From assembly GCA_963768835.1 (NCBI GenBank), contig CAVYJB010000001.1:88420-152419 (forward strand): a stretch of DNA of 64,000 bases, read 5' to 3'. Position 1 is the stretch's first letter. The number at the start of each line of letters is the position of its first letter. This document shows, in pieces, positions 50,721-60,934 of the stretch. The position numbers were made by a program, and so were the translations under genes. This stretch comes from an uncultured bacterium (GTDB taxonomy: Bacteria; Patescibacteriota; Minisyncoccia; UBA6257; GWB1-50-10). The notes beneath the pieces are model-generated. The model saw only the letters and a program-made list of their open reading frames with translations. It was not told the origin of the DNA and did no database searches.

Positions 50721-50738
50721 AGTGTGATTACGTTTAAC

Positions 50739-51746
50739 TTAGAACCCGAAGAGGTGCTGGAAGAACCCACCGATGGCACCAAAGATACTGCCCATGAAAC
50801 CCATTCTGTGGCCGCCCGATCCCGTGCTCGTGGAGTTCGGCGGTACGGTTCCGTTTCCTTGGTCAATGACGGAGGACGCGGTGACCGAGGTGCCGTTGAC
50901 CGTGCCCTGCATGATGACGCTGTCGCCGACACTTACGCTCGAGAGCGAAGAGGTGGCATTCCCCTTGGTAACAGCGGCACTCGAGGCATCCACCGTATAG
51001 GTGATGTTGCTCCTGTTGGTGACGGTAAGCGTCGGGCCGTTAACCGCAGTGACGTTGCCGCCGATGACCGGCTCTCCATTGCCCTGAATCGCGGGCATGG
51101 GCGGCCTCTGCCCCCCCATCGCGCCATCGCGGATGGCAGTCGCCGTGACACTCGTGCCGTTGATCGTCCCCTGCACCATGACCGTGTCGCCAACCGCAAG
51201 GTTCGACACCGAGGAACTTGCTCCATTCTTAGTGACCGTCGCGTTGGTCGCATCCACGGTATAGGCGCTATCGGCGGTGCCACCAGGCCCCATCTTGGAG
51301 GTTACAGTCAGGGAAGAACCGCTAATCGAACCAATCGTCCCGAAGACACCCGGTTTCATACCCCTCGCACCGCGTCCCATCATACCGTCACGGATGGAGG
51401 TTGCGGTAACGTTCGTTCCGTTCACCGTGCCTGCAACCATAACCATATCCCCTACGCTTACGTTGCTGAGCGAAGAAGCACTGCCATTCTTTGTTACCGT
51501 CGCATTGGATGCATCAACGGTATATACGGTCGTCGATACCGTCGTTGTGGCGTTACCTCGGGGATTACTTGTAACCGTGAGGGTTGAACCGTTTATCGTA
51601 GAGACGGTTCCAAACACTCCAGGGGCCCGACCCCCCATACTCCAGTGGCCAAAGCCCCCAGGGCCGGCCGCAAGCGCTATCCCACTGAACAAAAGCGACC
51701 CCGTAACCGCCGAACCGATAATCGCGAACATGATTTTTTCTCTCAT
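50739..51746 (-). CDS. secreted protein with three tandem DUF5666-like repeats
   Basis: Signal peptide MREKIMFAIIGSAVTGSLLFSGIALA; three ~80-aa repeats with core TLTVT...YTVDASNATVTKNG..SLSNVSVGD.VMV.GTVNGT.VTAT.IRDG. Confidence 0.55.
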   Translation of the reverse strand: MREKIMFAIIGSAVTGSLLFSGIALAAGPGGFGHWSMGGRAPGVFGTVSTINGSTLTVTSNPRGNATTTVSTTVYTVDASNATVTKNGSASSLSNVSVGDMVMVAGTVNGTNVTATSIRDGMMGRGARGMKPGVFGTIGSISGSSLTVTSKMGPGGTADSAYTVDATNATVTKNGASSSVSNLAVGDTVMVQGTINGTSVTATAIRDGAMGGQRPPMPAIQGNGEPVIGGNVTAVNGPTLTVTNRSNITYTVDASSAAVTKGNATSSLSSVSVGDSVIMQGTVNGTSVTASSVIDQGNGTVPPNSTSTGSGGHRMGFMGSIFGAIGGFFQHLFGF

Positions 51747-51940
51747 ATGATATTTATTAGCAATTGGTTTATCGACCTTTCTAATACAAAGGGTAGGACG
51801 GTTACGGTGCATCCGGGTTTTCTATCAATGCACGCGGCAAGCAAGCCTCACAGAAGATGATTGACATCGCCTTGGCGGTCGGTCTACAGTGAAAACAGCT
51901 ATCTAACTCAATAACACGGTTTACCCCGAGAGGTGAGAAA

Positions 51941-52678
51941 ATGGGAACAACGATTGGAGCACTGCATGCACCCACGGCACCGTACGGAGCCGCCGAATTG
52001 AAGCGTGTTTTCCCGAGGAATTTGGCGACTGGCCTCGCAATCGCAATCGTGATTCATCTCTGTATTGTAGGCTCCTACTATGTCACCCGGCTGCTTCAGG
52101 CAGAGGAGCCACCGATGGTCATTGTGCGCCTCATGAAGTACACCGACCTCGGCCCCCCTCCCTCCATCGTCGCTTCGGACGTGCCGCCACCAATCTCTGT
52201 TTTGGCGGCCACGGCGAAACCGTCCGTTGGTTCACCGGTTCCGGTACCCGACGCTGAGGTAACGGCCGATCAGACGCTTGCGACGCAGCAAGAGATGAGC
52301 GCGGCTCCCGCACCCGTCACCGAAGCGACCGGCGGAGCCGATGTGCAGGTGCAACAGGACATCAAAATCGACGACGATACGCCGCCGGCGGATTTCGTCG
52401 CGGTCGAGAAGAACCCGGTCATCATAAAGAGCGTCAAGCCGGTGTATCCCGATCTCGCGATGCGCGCGGGCCTCGAAGGAAGTGTCTGGGTGAAAATCTG
52501 GGTTGATAAGGAAGGGAAAACAAGGAAAGCCGTTGTTATGAAAAGCGATGCCGACATCTTCGAAGAACCGGCGCTTGCAGCGGCGCGACAGTTCGTGTTT
52601 ACACCCGCTTATATGAACAATGGCCCCGTGGCGGTATGGGTTTCCATCCCGTTCAAGTTCAGACTGGAGAAGAAGTGA
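51941..52678 (+). CDS. TonB C-terminal domain protein
   Basis: N-terminal TM, Pro/Ala-rich linker, C-terminal TonB_C-like KPVYPDLAMRAGLEGSVWVKIWVDKEGK...FTPA. Confidence 0.6.
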   Translation: MGTTIGALHAPTAPYGAAELKRVFPRNLATGLAIAIVIHLCIVGSYYVTRLLQAEEPPMVIVRLMKYTDLGPPPSIVASDVPPPISVLAATAKPSVGSPVPVPDAEVTADQTLATQQEMSAAPAPVTEATGGADVQVQQDIKIDDDTPPADFVAVEKNPVIIKSVKPVYPDLAMRAGLEGSVWVKIWVDKEGKTRKAVVMKSDADIFEEPALAAARQFVFTPAYMNNGPVAVWVSIPFKFRLEKK

Positions 52679-52776
52679 GCCCGAACGTGTCCACCGCGCA
52701 GACGGAATATCGGAATGCCCAGGTTCGTTATGAACCCGGGCATTTTATTACTCTTCACTGAGCCGCCCTCCGCCGC

Positions 52777-53679
52777 ATGCGCGTGCGATACGAGTGCTAT
52801 ACTGAAATCGTGACTTACCTGCAGGCTCTCATCATTGGAATGCTCCAAGGTATCACGGAGCTCTTCCCTATCTCGAGCTTGGGGCACAGCGTGATCCTGC
52901 CTCAGCTCGTGGGGTGGTCTATCGACCAGAACAGCCCCATTTTTCTCACGTTTCTTGTAGCAACCCACACGGCGACCGCTCTGGTTCTTTTTTTCTTTTT
53001 CCTCAAAGATTGGCTCCTGGTCCTTAAGGGGATGTGGGTTTCGCTCAAGGAACGGGCCATAGAGGCGGGGGGGCCGTATGCGAAGCTGGGGTGGATGCTC
53101 GTGGTAGCAACCATCCCTGCGGGGATACTGGGTCTTCTGTTCCAGGACACCTTCAAGAGTCTTTTCGCGTCCCCGCGCCTCGTCGCGGTTGTCCTGATAT
53201 TGAACGGCGTCATGCTCTGGAGCGCGGATATTCTGCGCAAGAAAAGAGCGGCCCAAGAAGTTATTTCGCAAGAAATGAGCGACGCCCGCATCGCGGAGCG
53301 TTCCTGGTGGCAGGCCACGAAGGTGGGGTTGCTCCAGGTGCTCGCGCTCGTACCGGGGTTCTCGCGGACAGGCTCGACCATCACCGGCGGTCTTCTGGTG
53401 GGGCTCTCTTATGAGGACGCGGCTCGCTTTTCGTTCCTTCTCGCGACCCCCATCATCGGCGCGGCCTCGCTCCTAAAACTTCCGGAACTCGTAACCACGC
53501 AGGGCGAGGCGATGTTCATCGGACAGACGCTCGTGGGCGCTGTCGCGGCGGGGCTCTGCGCCTACGTCTCGGTGCGCTTCCTCCTGAAGTATTTCGAGAC
53601 AAAAAAACTACGGCCTTTCGCCGTATATTGCATCGCCATCGGAGCACTCGCTTCCCTCCTCTTCTTCCTACATGGATGA
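52777..53679 (+). CDS. uppP: undecaprenyl-diphosphate phosphatase
   Basis: BacA/UppP motifs GITELFPISSLGHSV and PGFSRTGSTITGGLLVG; exact start uncertain. Confidence 0.8.
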   Translation: MRVRYECYTEIVTYLQALIIGMLQGITELFPISSLGHSVILPQLVGWSIDQNSPIFLTFLVATHTATALVLFFFFLKDWLLVLKGMWVSLKERAIEAGGPYAKLGWMLVVATIPAGILGLLFQDTFKSLFASPRLVAVVLILNGVMLWSADILRKKRAAQEVISQEMSDARIAERSWWQATKVGLLQVLALVPGFSRTGSTITGGLLVGLSYEDAARFSFLLATPIIGAASLLKLPELVTTQGEAMFIGQTLVGAVAAGLCAYVSVRFLLKYFETKKLRPFAVYCIAIGALASLLFFLHG

Positions 53680-53895
53680 CTTCTTCTTGCCGCCGGCGAA
53701 CCAAGCGTACACGAACGCCAGGACACCGATGACAAGCGCCGCAAGCCCGTGTTTGAAGTGAATGATAGAAGATCCTGCGATGTGCCCCGGGAAGAACGAG
53801 GGCAGGGAGCCGGCCGGCGTCACCCAATAGAGGACAGCGAGAATGACGAAGAGTACGCCGAGAATAACTCCAAAAATTGCGCCGGGCTTCTTCAT
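53668..53895 (-). CDS. small two-TM membrane protein
   Basis: Start at MKKPGAIF; two hydrophobic helices; 12-nt convergent overlap with uppP. Confidence 0.4.
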   Translation of the reverse strand: MKKPGAIFGVILGVLFVILAVLYWVTPAGSLPSFFPGHIAGSSIIHFKHGLAALVIGVLAFVYAWFAGGKKKSSM

Positions 53896-54078
53896 GTATT
53901 CAGTATATAGGATACCGAAGATTCCGTAAATCAAGCCTCAGGGCCGTCTAGAACTCCTATTTCCTCTTCACGCCACGCCCTCTACGGCTTCCCGGCCAGC
54001 ACACTGGGCATGGAGTGCTACCTCGATACTTATGCCCGCGGCTGCAGGTTTTCCAGCCCCTGCTTACTTTCTTCACAA

Positions 54079-54321
54079 TCACTTCTTCTTTTTCCACCGC
54101 GGAGCAAATCGGATAAGGAAGGCGTATAGCTTTGCCAGGGGTTTGCTCATACCCCTTCGGACCATTGCTTCATAGCTCGCCCTTTGAAACTCCTTCAGAT
54201 TGCTCCCTTCATAGCACAGCTTCCCGTTCTTGAAACAGAAGCTGCAGTATAGATCAGATTCTCGCGGACCGGGATCCTTTGCGAACGGCATCATGCAACT
54301 CTCGCAACTGTTCTTCTTCAT
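54079..54321 (-). CDS. small Cys-rich (zinc-ribbon-like) protein
   Basis: CESC...CSFC pairs in 80-aa ORF, Lys-rich tail. Confidence 0.3.
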   Translation of the reverse strand: MKKNSCESCMMPFAKDPGPRESDLYCSFCFKNGKLCYEGSNLKEFQRASYEAMVRRGMSKPLAKLYAFLIRFAPRWKKKK

Positions 54322-54382
54322 TTCTTCTTCATTTCAATATTTTAAAGAATAATCTTCTCTATGGCCATCCGAACGGGGGAAA

Positions 54383-54718
54383 TCATATTTCCCAGGCTAC
54401 CACGCCAAAGCGCTTGAGCTTTTCCTTGTATCCTGGGTAACGATAATATGCTCTACGCATCGCCGCGATAGAGGGCACTGAGGGCATAATCCTTCTGAAC
54501 GGGATGGCTTTGGTCATAGACGTGATGCTCCTGAAATGGCGTGCGCGCTTCACTTTCCGCGTGATACGCTCCTTGCCGCACACGATGACTAGAATATCGT
54601 CCTTCGCAATATTTCTGTAAAGCTTGGTAGCGGCTCTGGTTTCCACAGTCTTCAGCTTATCCCTTATCTTCTTGAAATCCTTATCATCGGCGCGGAACCT
54701 CAACACTATCTTTCTCAT
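54383..54718 (-). CDS. ASCH/PUA-like domain protein
   Basis: 111 aa; weak ASCH-like pattern (KTVETR); low confidence. Confidence 0.3.
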   Translation of the reverse strand: MRKIVLRFRADDKDFKKIRDKLKTVETRAATKLYRNIAKDDILVIVCGKERITRKVKRARHFRSITSMTKAIPFRRIMPSVPSIAAMRRAYYRYPGYKEKLKRFGVVAWEI

Positions 54719-55359
54719 GCGAGGACTCTCTTTATTCTTTCAACGGCTAGCGGCATGTTCCGTTGTCCTTGACCCACTGGGTAGTAGACCGGATACGCTC
54801 TGAAGTGGACGCTCTCAATCTCCAAAGTCTCAGATTGGACACCTTTATAGCTACTTACCTTGACCGGCTTACCCAGCAAGATTGAACTGACCTGGTTTCC
54901 AAAGAGGACAACTTTCTTCGGCTGGACCAGAAAAATCTCCTTTCGAGTACTTGCAAGATATTTCTTGAAAGTGCCGTTTGAGAGATGCCTGGCGTCGTCC
55001 TGTGTGCATTTCGCCAAATTCGTCACATACACCCCATGTTTCGACAGCTCCCGATAAAGTACATTCGCAAAAGCTTCTGTCCACTCTCCGGCTCGAAGTG
55101 TTTGGGTCAGTTTATAATTGGCGGCGGACAGGAATTTCAACTTGAAAAACAACCCCCACGCGCTCTTTGTCCCAAGCCAAGGTGCATGCAGACCGGTCCA
55201 CCCCGCATGCGTGGACACATTCCTTCCCGTCGGATTCATGAATATAAACATGACATCCGGTTTATGGACGCAACCAGCGCCATAGACGGGCGTTAGCCGA
55301 GGGGACCCGTGCGCTCGATGCAATCGATCTATTTCGGGATGCAACTGAATTAATTGCAC
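54715..55359 (-). CDS. uracil-DNA glycosylase superfamily protein (family 4/5-like)
   Basis: UDG-like motifs FIFMNPTG near N-terminus and GVYVTNLAKC, C-terminal conserved Phe/His region. Confidence 0.55.
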   Translation of the reverse strand: MQLIQLHPEIDRLHRAHGSPRLTPVYGAGCVHKPDVMFIFMNPTGRNVSTHAGWTGLHAPWLGTKSAWGLFFKLKFLSAANYKLTQTLRAGEWTEAFANVLYRELSKHGVYVTNLAKCTQDDARHLSNGTFKKYLASTRKEIFLVQPKKVVLFGNQVSSILLGKPVKVSSYKGVQSETLEIESVHFRAYPVYYPVGQGQRNMPLAVERIKRVLA

Positions 55360-55397
55360 GCAGCTGGGTAACTTAGAAAACTCAAACGGCCTTTAAT

Positions 55398-55994
55398 TTA
55401 AAACACGAACGGGATTAGCATCTTCGTTCTCTTCTGGTATGCAGGGTACCCGTTCGGGAATTGTTGCGACATAATCCCCTCTTCTACCCCCGCACTGTGG
55501 ATGAAATACCAGCAGAAGAAAATGAACGGGACAAGCCAGAGTGCGCTCGTAACAAATACCGTCCCGAGGATAGCTAAAAGGATACCGGTATAGATGGGAT
55601 GGCGCACCCAAGCGTAGGGCCCCGTGGTCACAAGATCGGTATTTTCCTTTAAAGACATCGGCATGCCCCAGTTCCTCCCCAGATGCCGGCGAGCCCATAT
55701 TGCAAGCGCTAGGCCTAGAATGCAGAGAAGTATTCCGAGGCTGTTCACGATCGTGCTTGAAAAGACGATGTCTCTAATGGAAGAAAATTGACGGAACGCC
55801 GCCGACTCAAGCACCGAGAAGAGGACGATGGTGATGATAATGCGGACACCCACATTGCCTTTTCTTCCCACGGTCTTCTTGGCACCAATGGAAGAAATGA
55901 GCCAGTATGCAAGGAAGGCGATCCAAAGAATCGAGAGGAGCAATCGGAAAATGGTCATCGGTACCATTATGGAAGGGGTGAGAGTGAGCGTCAA
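55398..55994 (-). CDS. isoprenylcysteine carboxyl methyltransferase (ICMT/PEMT) family membrane protein
   Basis: Multi-TM with C-terminal RHLGRNWG...TTGPYAWVRHPIYTG signature. Confidence 0.65.
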   Translation of the reverse strand: MTLTLTPSIMVPMTIFRLLLSILWIAFLAYWLISSIGAKKTVGRKGNVGVRIIITIVLFSVLESAAFRQFSSIRDIVFSSTIVNSLGILLCILGLALAIWARRHLGRNWGMPMSLKENTDLVTTGPYAWVRHPIYTGILLAILGTVFVTSALWLVPFIFFCWYFIHSAGVEEGIMSQQFPNGYPAYQKRTKMLIPFVF

Positions 55995-56039
55995 CGATTC
56001 CTCTATTGTTTAAATCCGGTAACGGCATATGATGAGCGT

Positions 56040-56804
56040 ATGGATACCCTCACGTACGTGATAGTTCTCGTCCTCGCGATTCTGCTCTCGGGCATAAAGG
56101 TGATCACGGAATACCAGCGGGGGGTCATCTTCCGCCTGGGCCGCCTCGTCGGTACGCGCGGCCCCGGACTTATCTTCGTCATCCCCATCTTCGAGAAAAT
56201 GGTGCGGGTGGGGCTTCGCACGGTCACTATGAACATCCCTTCGCAGAAGATTATCACGAAGGACAATGTTTCCATCGACATCGCGGCGGTCGCCTACTAC
56301 CACGTCGTGGACTCCCAGAAGTCCGTGGTTGCCATCGAGAACGTCCACGACGCCGTGAACCAGATCAGCCAAACGACGGTCCGGAACGTGGTGGGCCAGT
56401 TCATGCTCGACCAGTTCCTGTCCCAGACCGTCGATATCAACGAGAAAATCAAGAACGTCATCGACGTCCACACCGAGCCTTGGGGCATTCAAGTGACGGC
56501 TGTCGAGATCAAGGACGTCATCCTCCCGGACAATATGCAGCGCGCGATGGCCAAGGAGGCCGAAGCGGAACGGGAGCGCCGGGCGAAGATCGTCGCTGCA
56601 CAGGGCGAGTTCCAAGCGGCCGAGAAACTGGGGCAGGCAGCCGAGATTATCGCCGCCCACCCCGTCGCGCTTCAGCTCCGCACGCTCCAGACCATGGCGG
56701 AAATCGCCACAGAAAAGAACTCCACGATTATCTTCCCCGCGCAGTTCATGACAACCGTGAAGGAGGCGTTGGAAATGCTGAACGAGGACAAAAAGAAGAA
56801 GTAA
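56040..56804 (+). CDS. SPFH/band 7 (stomatin-like) protein
   Basis: N-terminal TM then SPFH domain (VIFRLGRL..., IPSQKIITKDNVSIDIAAVAYYHV), coiled-coil C-terminus; ATG at 56040. Confidence 0.8.
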   Translation: MDTLTYVIVLVLAILLSGIKVITEYQRGVIFRLGRLVGTRGPGLIFVIPIFEKMVRVGLRTVTMNIPSQKIITKDNVSIDIAAVAYYHVVDSQKSVVAIENVHDAVNQISQTTVRNVVGQFMLDQFLSQTVDINEKIKNVIDVHTEPWGIQVTAVEIKDVILPDNMQRAMAKEAEAERERRAKIVAAQGEFQAAEKLGQAAEIIAAHPVALQLRTLQTMAEIATEKNSTIIFPAQFMTTVKEALEMLNEDKKKK

Positions 56805-56878
56805 CTCTCGTTCCTTGAAGGTGGAAATACCCATCCTTTCGATGGGTATTTTATTCTTACCGAACCTAGCCGGTCGGA

Positions 56879-58417
56879 CTACTTTTTCTTCGCTGGCTTC
56901 TTGGAGCTCTTGCGGACGGGCGCGGCCGCCTTGGTAACGCCGGCGCCTCCGGACAATGCCCCGAGATCGAGTGTCTGGTCGATGCGCACCTGCGCCACGA
57001 AGTCGGGGATGTGGCTCACAAGCACCAGGGCGCCGTCGTACTGGTCCAGAGCTTTCGCGATGACCGGCAGGTGCCGGAAATTGATGTGATTCGTGGGTTC
57101 GTCGAGGAAGAGAAGCCCCGGGCGCAGGAGCACCAACTGGGCGAACGCCACGAGCCCCTTCAGGCCCTCCGAGAGGGCGCCAATCTTCGTTTTCAGGATG
57201 CGCTCGTCGAGGAGGAAGCCGGCGGCAATAGAGCGGACTTCCTGGTCGCTGTTATACGCGGCGACATCGGTGAGCGCGCGGTGGACCGTGGCGTCAAAGT
57301 CGAGCGTGGAGAAATCCTGGCGGTAGTAGCCGACGCGCGTTCGGGGAGCGATGTGCTCGCCCGACGCCTGACCTTTTGCGAGATGCTCCAGGAGGGTGGT
57401 CTTCCCGATACCGTTCGGCCCCGCGAGGAGCAGGTGCTCCTTTCGCCGGAGTTCGATATGCACGGGCCAGGCGGTCGGCGCGTGCCCTTCCATGACCGTG
57501 ACGGACGTGAGGGTAAGAAGAACCCCCATCGCTTCCTCCTGGCAGGGAATGACGAAGCTCCGGATGGTCTTGTCCTCCTGGCGCACGGTGACAATCTCAC
57601 TCTCGAGCTCCTCGATCTTCTCGCGCATCTTGCGGGCCACATCACGCATGTGGCCTCCTTTCTGGCCGAAGAAGTTCGCCTGCTCCTTCCGGTGCTCGAT
57701 ATCAAGGGCTAGCCGGGCGTTTTTCGCCCGCTCGCGCTCCAGCCGGGCGAGAATGTCCGCGACAACCGTGAGATAGTTCCCCGCGTACTGCTCTACCGTC
57801 CGGGTCACGGATTCGAGATACAGGACGCCGGTCGTGAACGCGTTCAGGAACTCGGCGTCGTGCGAAATGACGATGCAGGTCTTCTTATAATCGACAAGGA
57901 ACTTCGTCAGGTGCTCGATGCCCGCCCGGTCGAGGTTATTCGTCGGTTCGTCGAGGAGCAGGATGTCGGGGTCCTGGATGAGCGCGTGGGCGAGGAGAAG
58001 GCGCGCTTGCTGGCCGCCGGAGAAGGTCCGGAGCGCCCGGTCATGCGGAGCCTTGAGGCGCACGACGTCGAGAAGGCGGTCGATGCGGGGGTCGATATCG
58101 TACGTCTTCTTCGGAAACGCCAAGGCAAAGAACTCGCGCACCGTGAGATCGAGCTGCTCGCGGGGGATGACTTGGCGCGCGGTCGCCATGGTGACGTCAG
58201 GGGCGACGGCGACTGAGCCGTTCTCGGGAACCAAAGAACCGGTAATAAGCTGGAAAATGGTCGTCTTTCCGGCACCGTTCTGCCCCATGAGCGCCACCTT
58301 CGAGCCCCGGCGAATCGAAAAGGATACCCCGGAGAGGATGGGTTTTGTGTAACCGTACTCGAAGGAAACGGCATTGAATCGGATGATAACGTCGTCGTTT
58401 TGCATGAATTTACTCAA
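56879..58417 (-). CDS. ABC-F family ATPase (tandem ABC domains, no TM)
   Basis: Two Walker A (GQNGAGKTT, GPNGIGKTT), two LSGG signatures, inter-domain linker, Lys-rich C-terminal tail. Confidence 0.85.
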   Translation of the reverse strand: MSKFMQNDDVIIRFNAVSFEYGYTKPILSGVSFSIRRGSKVALMGQNGAGKTTIFQLITGSLVPENGSVAVAPDVTMATARQVIPREQLDLTVREFFALAFPKKTYDIDPRIDRLLDVVRLKAPHDRALRTFSGGQQARLLLAHALIQDPDILLLDEPTNNLDRAGIEHLTKFLVDYKKTCIVISHDAEFLNAFTTGVLYLESVTRTVEQYAGNYLTVVADILARLERERAKNARLALDIEHRKEQANFFGQKGGHMRDVARKMREKIEELESEIVTVRQEDKTIRSFVIPCQEEAMGVLLTLTSVTVMEGHAPTAWPVHIELRRKEHLLLAGPNGIGKTTLLEHLAKGQASGEHIAPRTRVGYYRQDFSTLDFDATVHRALTDVAAYNSDQEVRSIAAGFLLDERILKTKIGALSEGLKGLVAFAQLVLLRPGLLFLDEPTNHINFRHLPVIAKALDQYDGALVLVSHIPDFVAQVRIDQTLDLGALSGGAGVTKAAAPVRKSSKKPAKKK

Positions 58418-58550
58418 GTCGCAGGTCGAAGGCTAAGTATGCAATTTTAAAATACTTAACGCAACCACGAGAGAGTTCCGCGGGATGCAAAAGGCCTCGA
58501 GCAATGAACCTAGAGGCCTTCTTTATCACCCGCGCGTATTGCCAACTAGT

Positions 58551-59768
58551 TCAGGAACTCGGATTGACGGACCCCCACCGTGAGGAAACAAGGAGGAGCA
58601 CCAGACCGACGACGACGACCCCGCCCGCCGCAAGGAATGCCGTTCCCGGACCCGCCGTCTGCCAAAGGTATCCCCCGCCGATACCCGCGACGAGCGCCCC
58701 CAGGCCGACCGCCGCGTTTAATAGCCCCATCGCTCCGCCGCGGAGCTCGTCGGTCGAAAGCTGCGCCGCGAGCGAACGCTGGACGCCATCGGTGAGCGCG
58801 GGGAAAAGCCCCAAGAGGAGAAAACCAATGGCGAGCGCCCAGGATGAATGCGCGGCAAAGAGAAAGTAGTAGCCAGCAAGGAGAATCCCGTAGCCCGCGC
58901 AGATGACCGTCCGGGCACCGAGCCGATCGCTCATCTTCCCCGCCGACATCGAGAACCCCGCGTAGGAGAGGTTGTAGATCATGTAGAAGAGCGGAATGTC
59001 CGCGAGGATGAGCCCTAGGGATTGCGTCGTGAGGAGGAGAACCGCGATGGGAAGGCTGCCCACCGAGAGCACGAATACCGCGAGCGCGTACAGCTTGAAC
59101 GCGGGCGAGAGGCGCGCGAACGCAGCTCGAAGGGTCGCTCGTTCCCTCTTCACTGTGAGGGCGATGTCGGAGATAAAGAAAAGCGTGAGAATCGTGATGA
59201 TGCCCACGACGAATGCTGTGAGGAACACGGTGTTGAAGTGGAGCGGGTAGGCCCGCAGGATGAGATACGCGACCAGAGGGCCGAGGATGGAACCCAGGGT
59301 ATCCATCGCCCGGTGATATCCGAACGACCGCCCAAGCTCCTCCTTCGGGGTCGAGAGGGAGATGATGGCGTCCCGCGGCGAGTCCCGGAAACCCTTTCCC
59401 ACCCTATCGAGCACGCGGAGCCCCAAGGCGCCACCCACTGCGGTGACGAACACATAGAAGGGCCTCGTGAGGACCGAGAGCACGTACCCGAAAACCACGA
59501 GCGGCTTCCGTCGTTGGAATCGGTCTGAAAGGTTTCCGGAGTAGATCTTGAAGAGGTTTGAGAGGCCTTCCGCGACGCCGTCCACGAGACCAAGTGACTC
59601 GGCCCCGGCTTTCAAAACCGTCGTGAAGAACGCAGGGAACACCGAAAACACCATCTCCGAGGAGAAATCATTAAAGAGGCTCGTGAGCCCGAGGAAAAAG
59701 ATGTTCTTCGGAAGCCCTAGGATTCGTGGGCCTGTGCGCCGCGTTGTGTCAGATTCGGGCTGTGGCAT
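58551..59768 (-). CDS. MFS transporter
   Basis: 12 predicted TM helices, MFS motif-like GxLxDRxGxR region (SDRLGART). Confidence 0.75.
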   Translation of the reverse strand: MPQPESDTTRRTGPRILGLPKNIFFLGLTSLFNDFSSEMVFSVFPAFFTTVLKAGAESLGLVDGVAEGLSNLFKIYSGNLSDRFQRRKPLVVFGYVLSVLTRPFYVFVTAVGGALGLRVLDRVGKGFRDSPRDAIISLSTPKEELGRSFGYHRAMDTLGSILGPLVAYLILRAYPLHFNTVFLTAFVVGIITILTLFFISDIALTVKRERATLRAAFARLSPAFKLYALAVFVLSVGSLPIAVLLLTTQSLGLILADIPLFYMIYNLSYAGFSMSAGKMSDRLGARTVICAGYGILLAGYYFLFAAHSSWALAIGFLLLGLFPALTDGVQRSLAAQLSTDELRGGAMGLLNAAVGLGALVAGIGGGYLWQTAGPGTAFLAAGGVVVVGLVLLLVSSRWGSVNPSS

Positions 59769-59787
59769 ATGCCGGATGGGTATCTAT

Positions 59788-60228
59788 CTAAATTTTAGCA
59801 CCGACGGTCTCTCGGCTAAAGCTTTTGGCGGCGGAAATCCCGATGACCGCGCCGATAATGGCTCCGGCGACGAAATCAGAGAACCAGTGGATGCTCATGG
59901 ACACCCCAAGCCCGACATACAGCGCGTAGAGGATTGCCACGACCTTCAGAAGCTTATGCTTGGGATAAAGAGCGATGAGAGCAAACATGGAGGCGAACGC
60001 CACCATGGCGTGCGAGGAAGGCCATCCCCAAAATACGCCGCCGCGAAGAAGCCCGAACCGAAATCCGTTGCTGATATCAACAGTCGAGGCCGTGAGCATG
60101 CTGGGCGGCTGGATTCGTCCGGTGAAGGGACCTTCTTGATAGGCAGGGAAATTAATACTTCTCCAAAAGTTCGTTGAGTTTAGCACAGAATTCGGGCGTA
60201 AAGCGTGAATCTTCAAAGGTATCATCAA
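59788..60228 (-). pseudogene. PAP2-family phosphatase C-terminal fragment (possibly truncated gene)
   Basis: PAP2 motifs 2 and 3 present (PSSH; SMSIHWFSD) but motif 1 KX6RP and N-terminal TMs absent; 5' end overlaps AT-rich NERD gene. Confidence 0.4.
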
Positions 60229-60934
60229 AGTACCTCTTTATGCCATCCGCACTAGTGATTATATATACCTCAGGCTTTTCAATCTTTTCTATTTTATATC
60301 GATCACCAACCATAAGAATCGCGCCTTTCACTTTAATTTGGCTAAAATCGTTTTTCATGAGCCACTCTTCAAGTGCCTCGTTGTGATACGCAGCTTCTCT
60401 AACGGGGCTTTTCCATCTTCCCAGCTGGCAATAGCAGGTATTACCATCGGGGTATCTTGAGATCTTATACACCTCGCTTTCGATGAAACGGTATTCGCCA
60501 GATAGGTTCTTGACCTCAATGGTGATAATTCCCTTCGGCCCAACGACAATGGCGTCAATATCAAATCTCTTACCGGGAATCTTAAAGTTTCTGTATAACC
60601 GATAGGAGCTACCAAGCATTTCGAGAAGTCGCTTAAACGCCTTTTCCTCTCCTAGGTTCCCTTTCAAGGCATTTTGAAGGTTGTACTTCGCCCTATCTAA
60701 CAAGTCGTCGAGCTTATGAAGTAACTTAGTTTCACCCAGTGTTATCAGGACACCCAAGAGTATGCCTATGGCACCTATCGTTGCTTTTTCATCGAGCCAG
60801 AGTTTCCGAGAGACAATATCTCTAATGCTCCAATTAAGCGCGAGGTAAGATAAGAAACCGAGCGCAAGTATAGTAACGATAATTATAAGTGCGTTCTTTA
60901 TTATTTGTCTTTTAGAAAACGATAATTTGAGCAT
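60152..60934 (-). CDS. NERD (nuclease-related domain) membrane protein on AT-rich island
   Basis: Two N-terminal TMs then NERD-like region GNLGEEKAFKRLLEML...RFDIDAIVVGPKGIITIEVKNLSG; local GC far below window average. Confidence 0.6.
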   Translation of the reverse strand: MLKLSFSKRQIIKNALIIIVTILALGFLSYLALNWSIRDIVSRKLWLDEKATIGAIGILLGVLITLGETKLLHKLDDLLDRAKYNLQNALKGNLGEEKAFKRLLEMLGSSYRLYRNFKIPGKRFDIDAIVVGPKGIITIEVKNLSGEYRFIESEVYKISRYPDGNTCYCQLGRWKSPVREAAYHNEALEEWLMKNDFSQIKVKGAILMVGDRYKIEKIEKPEVYIITSADGIKRYFDDTFEDSRFTPEFCAKLNELLEKY

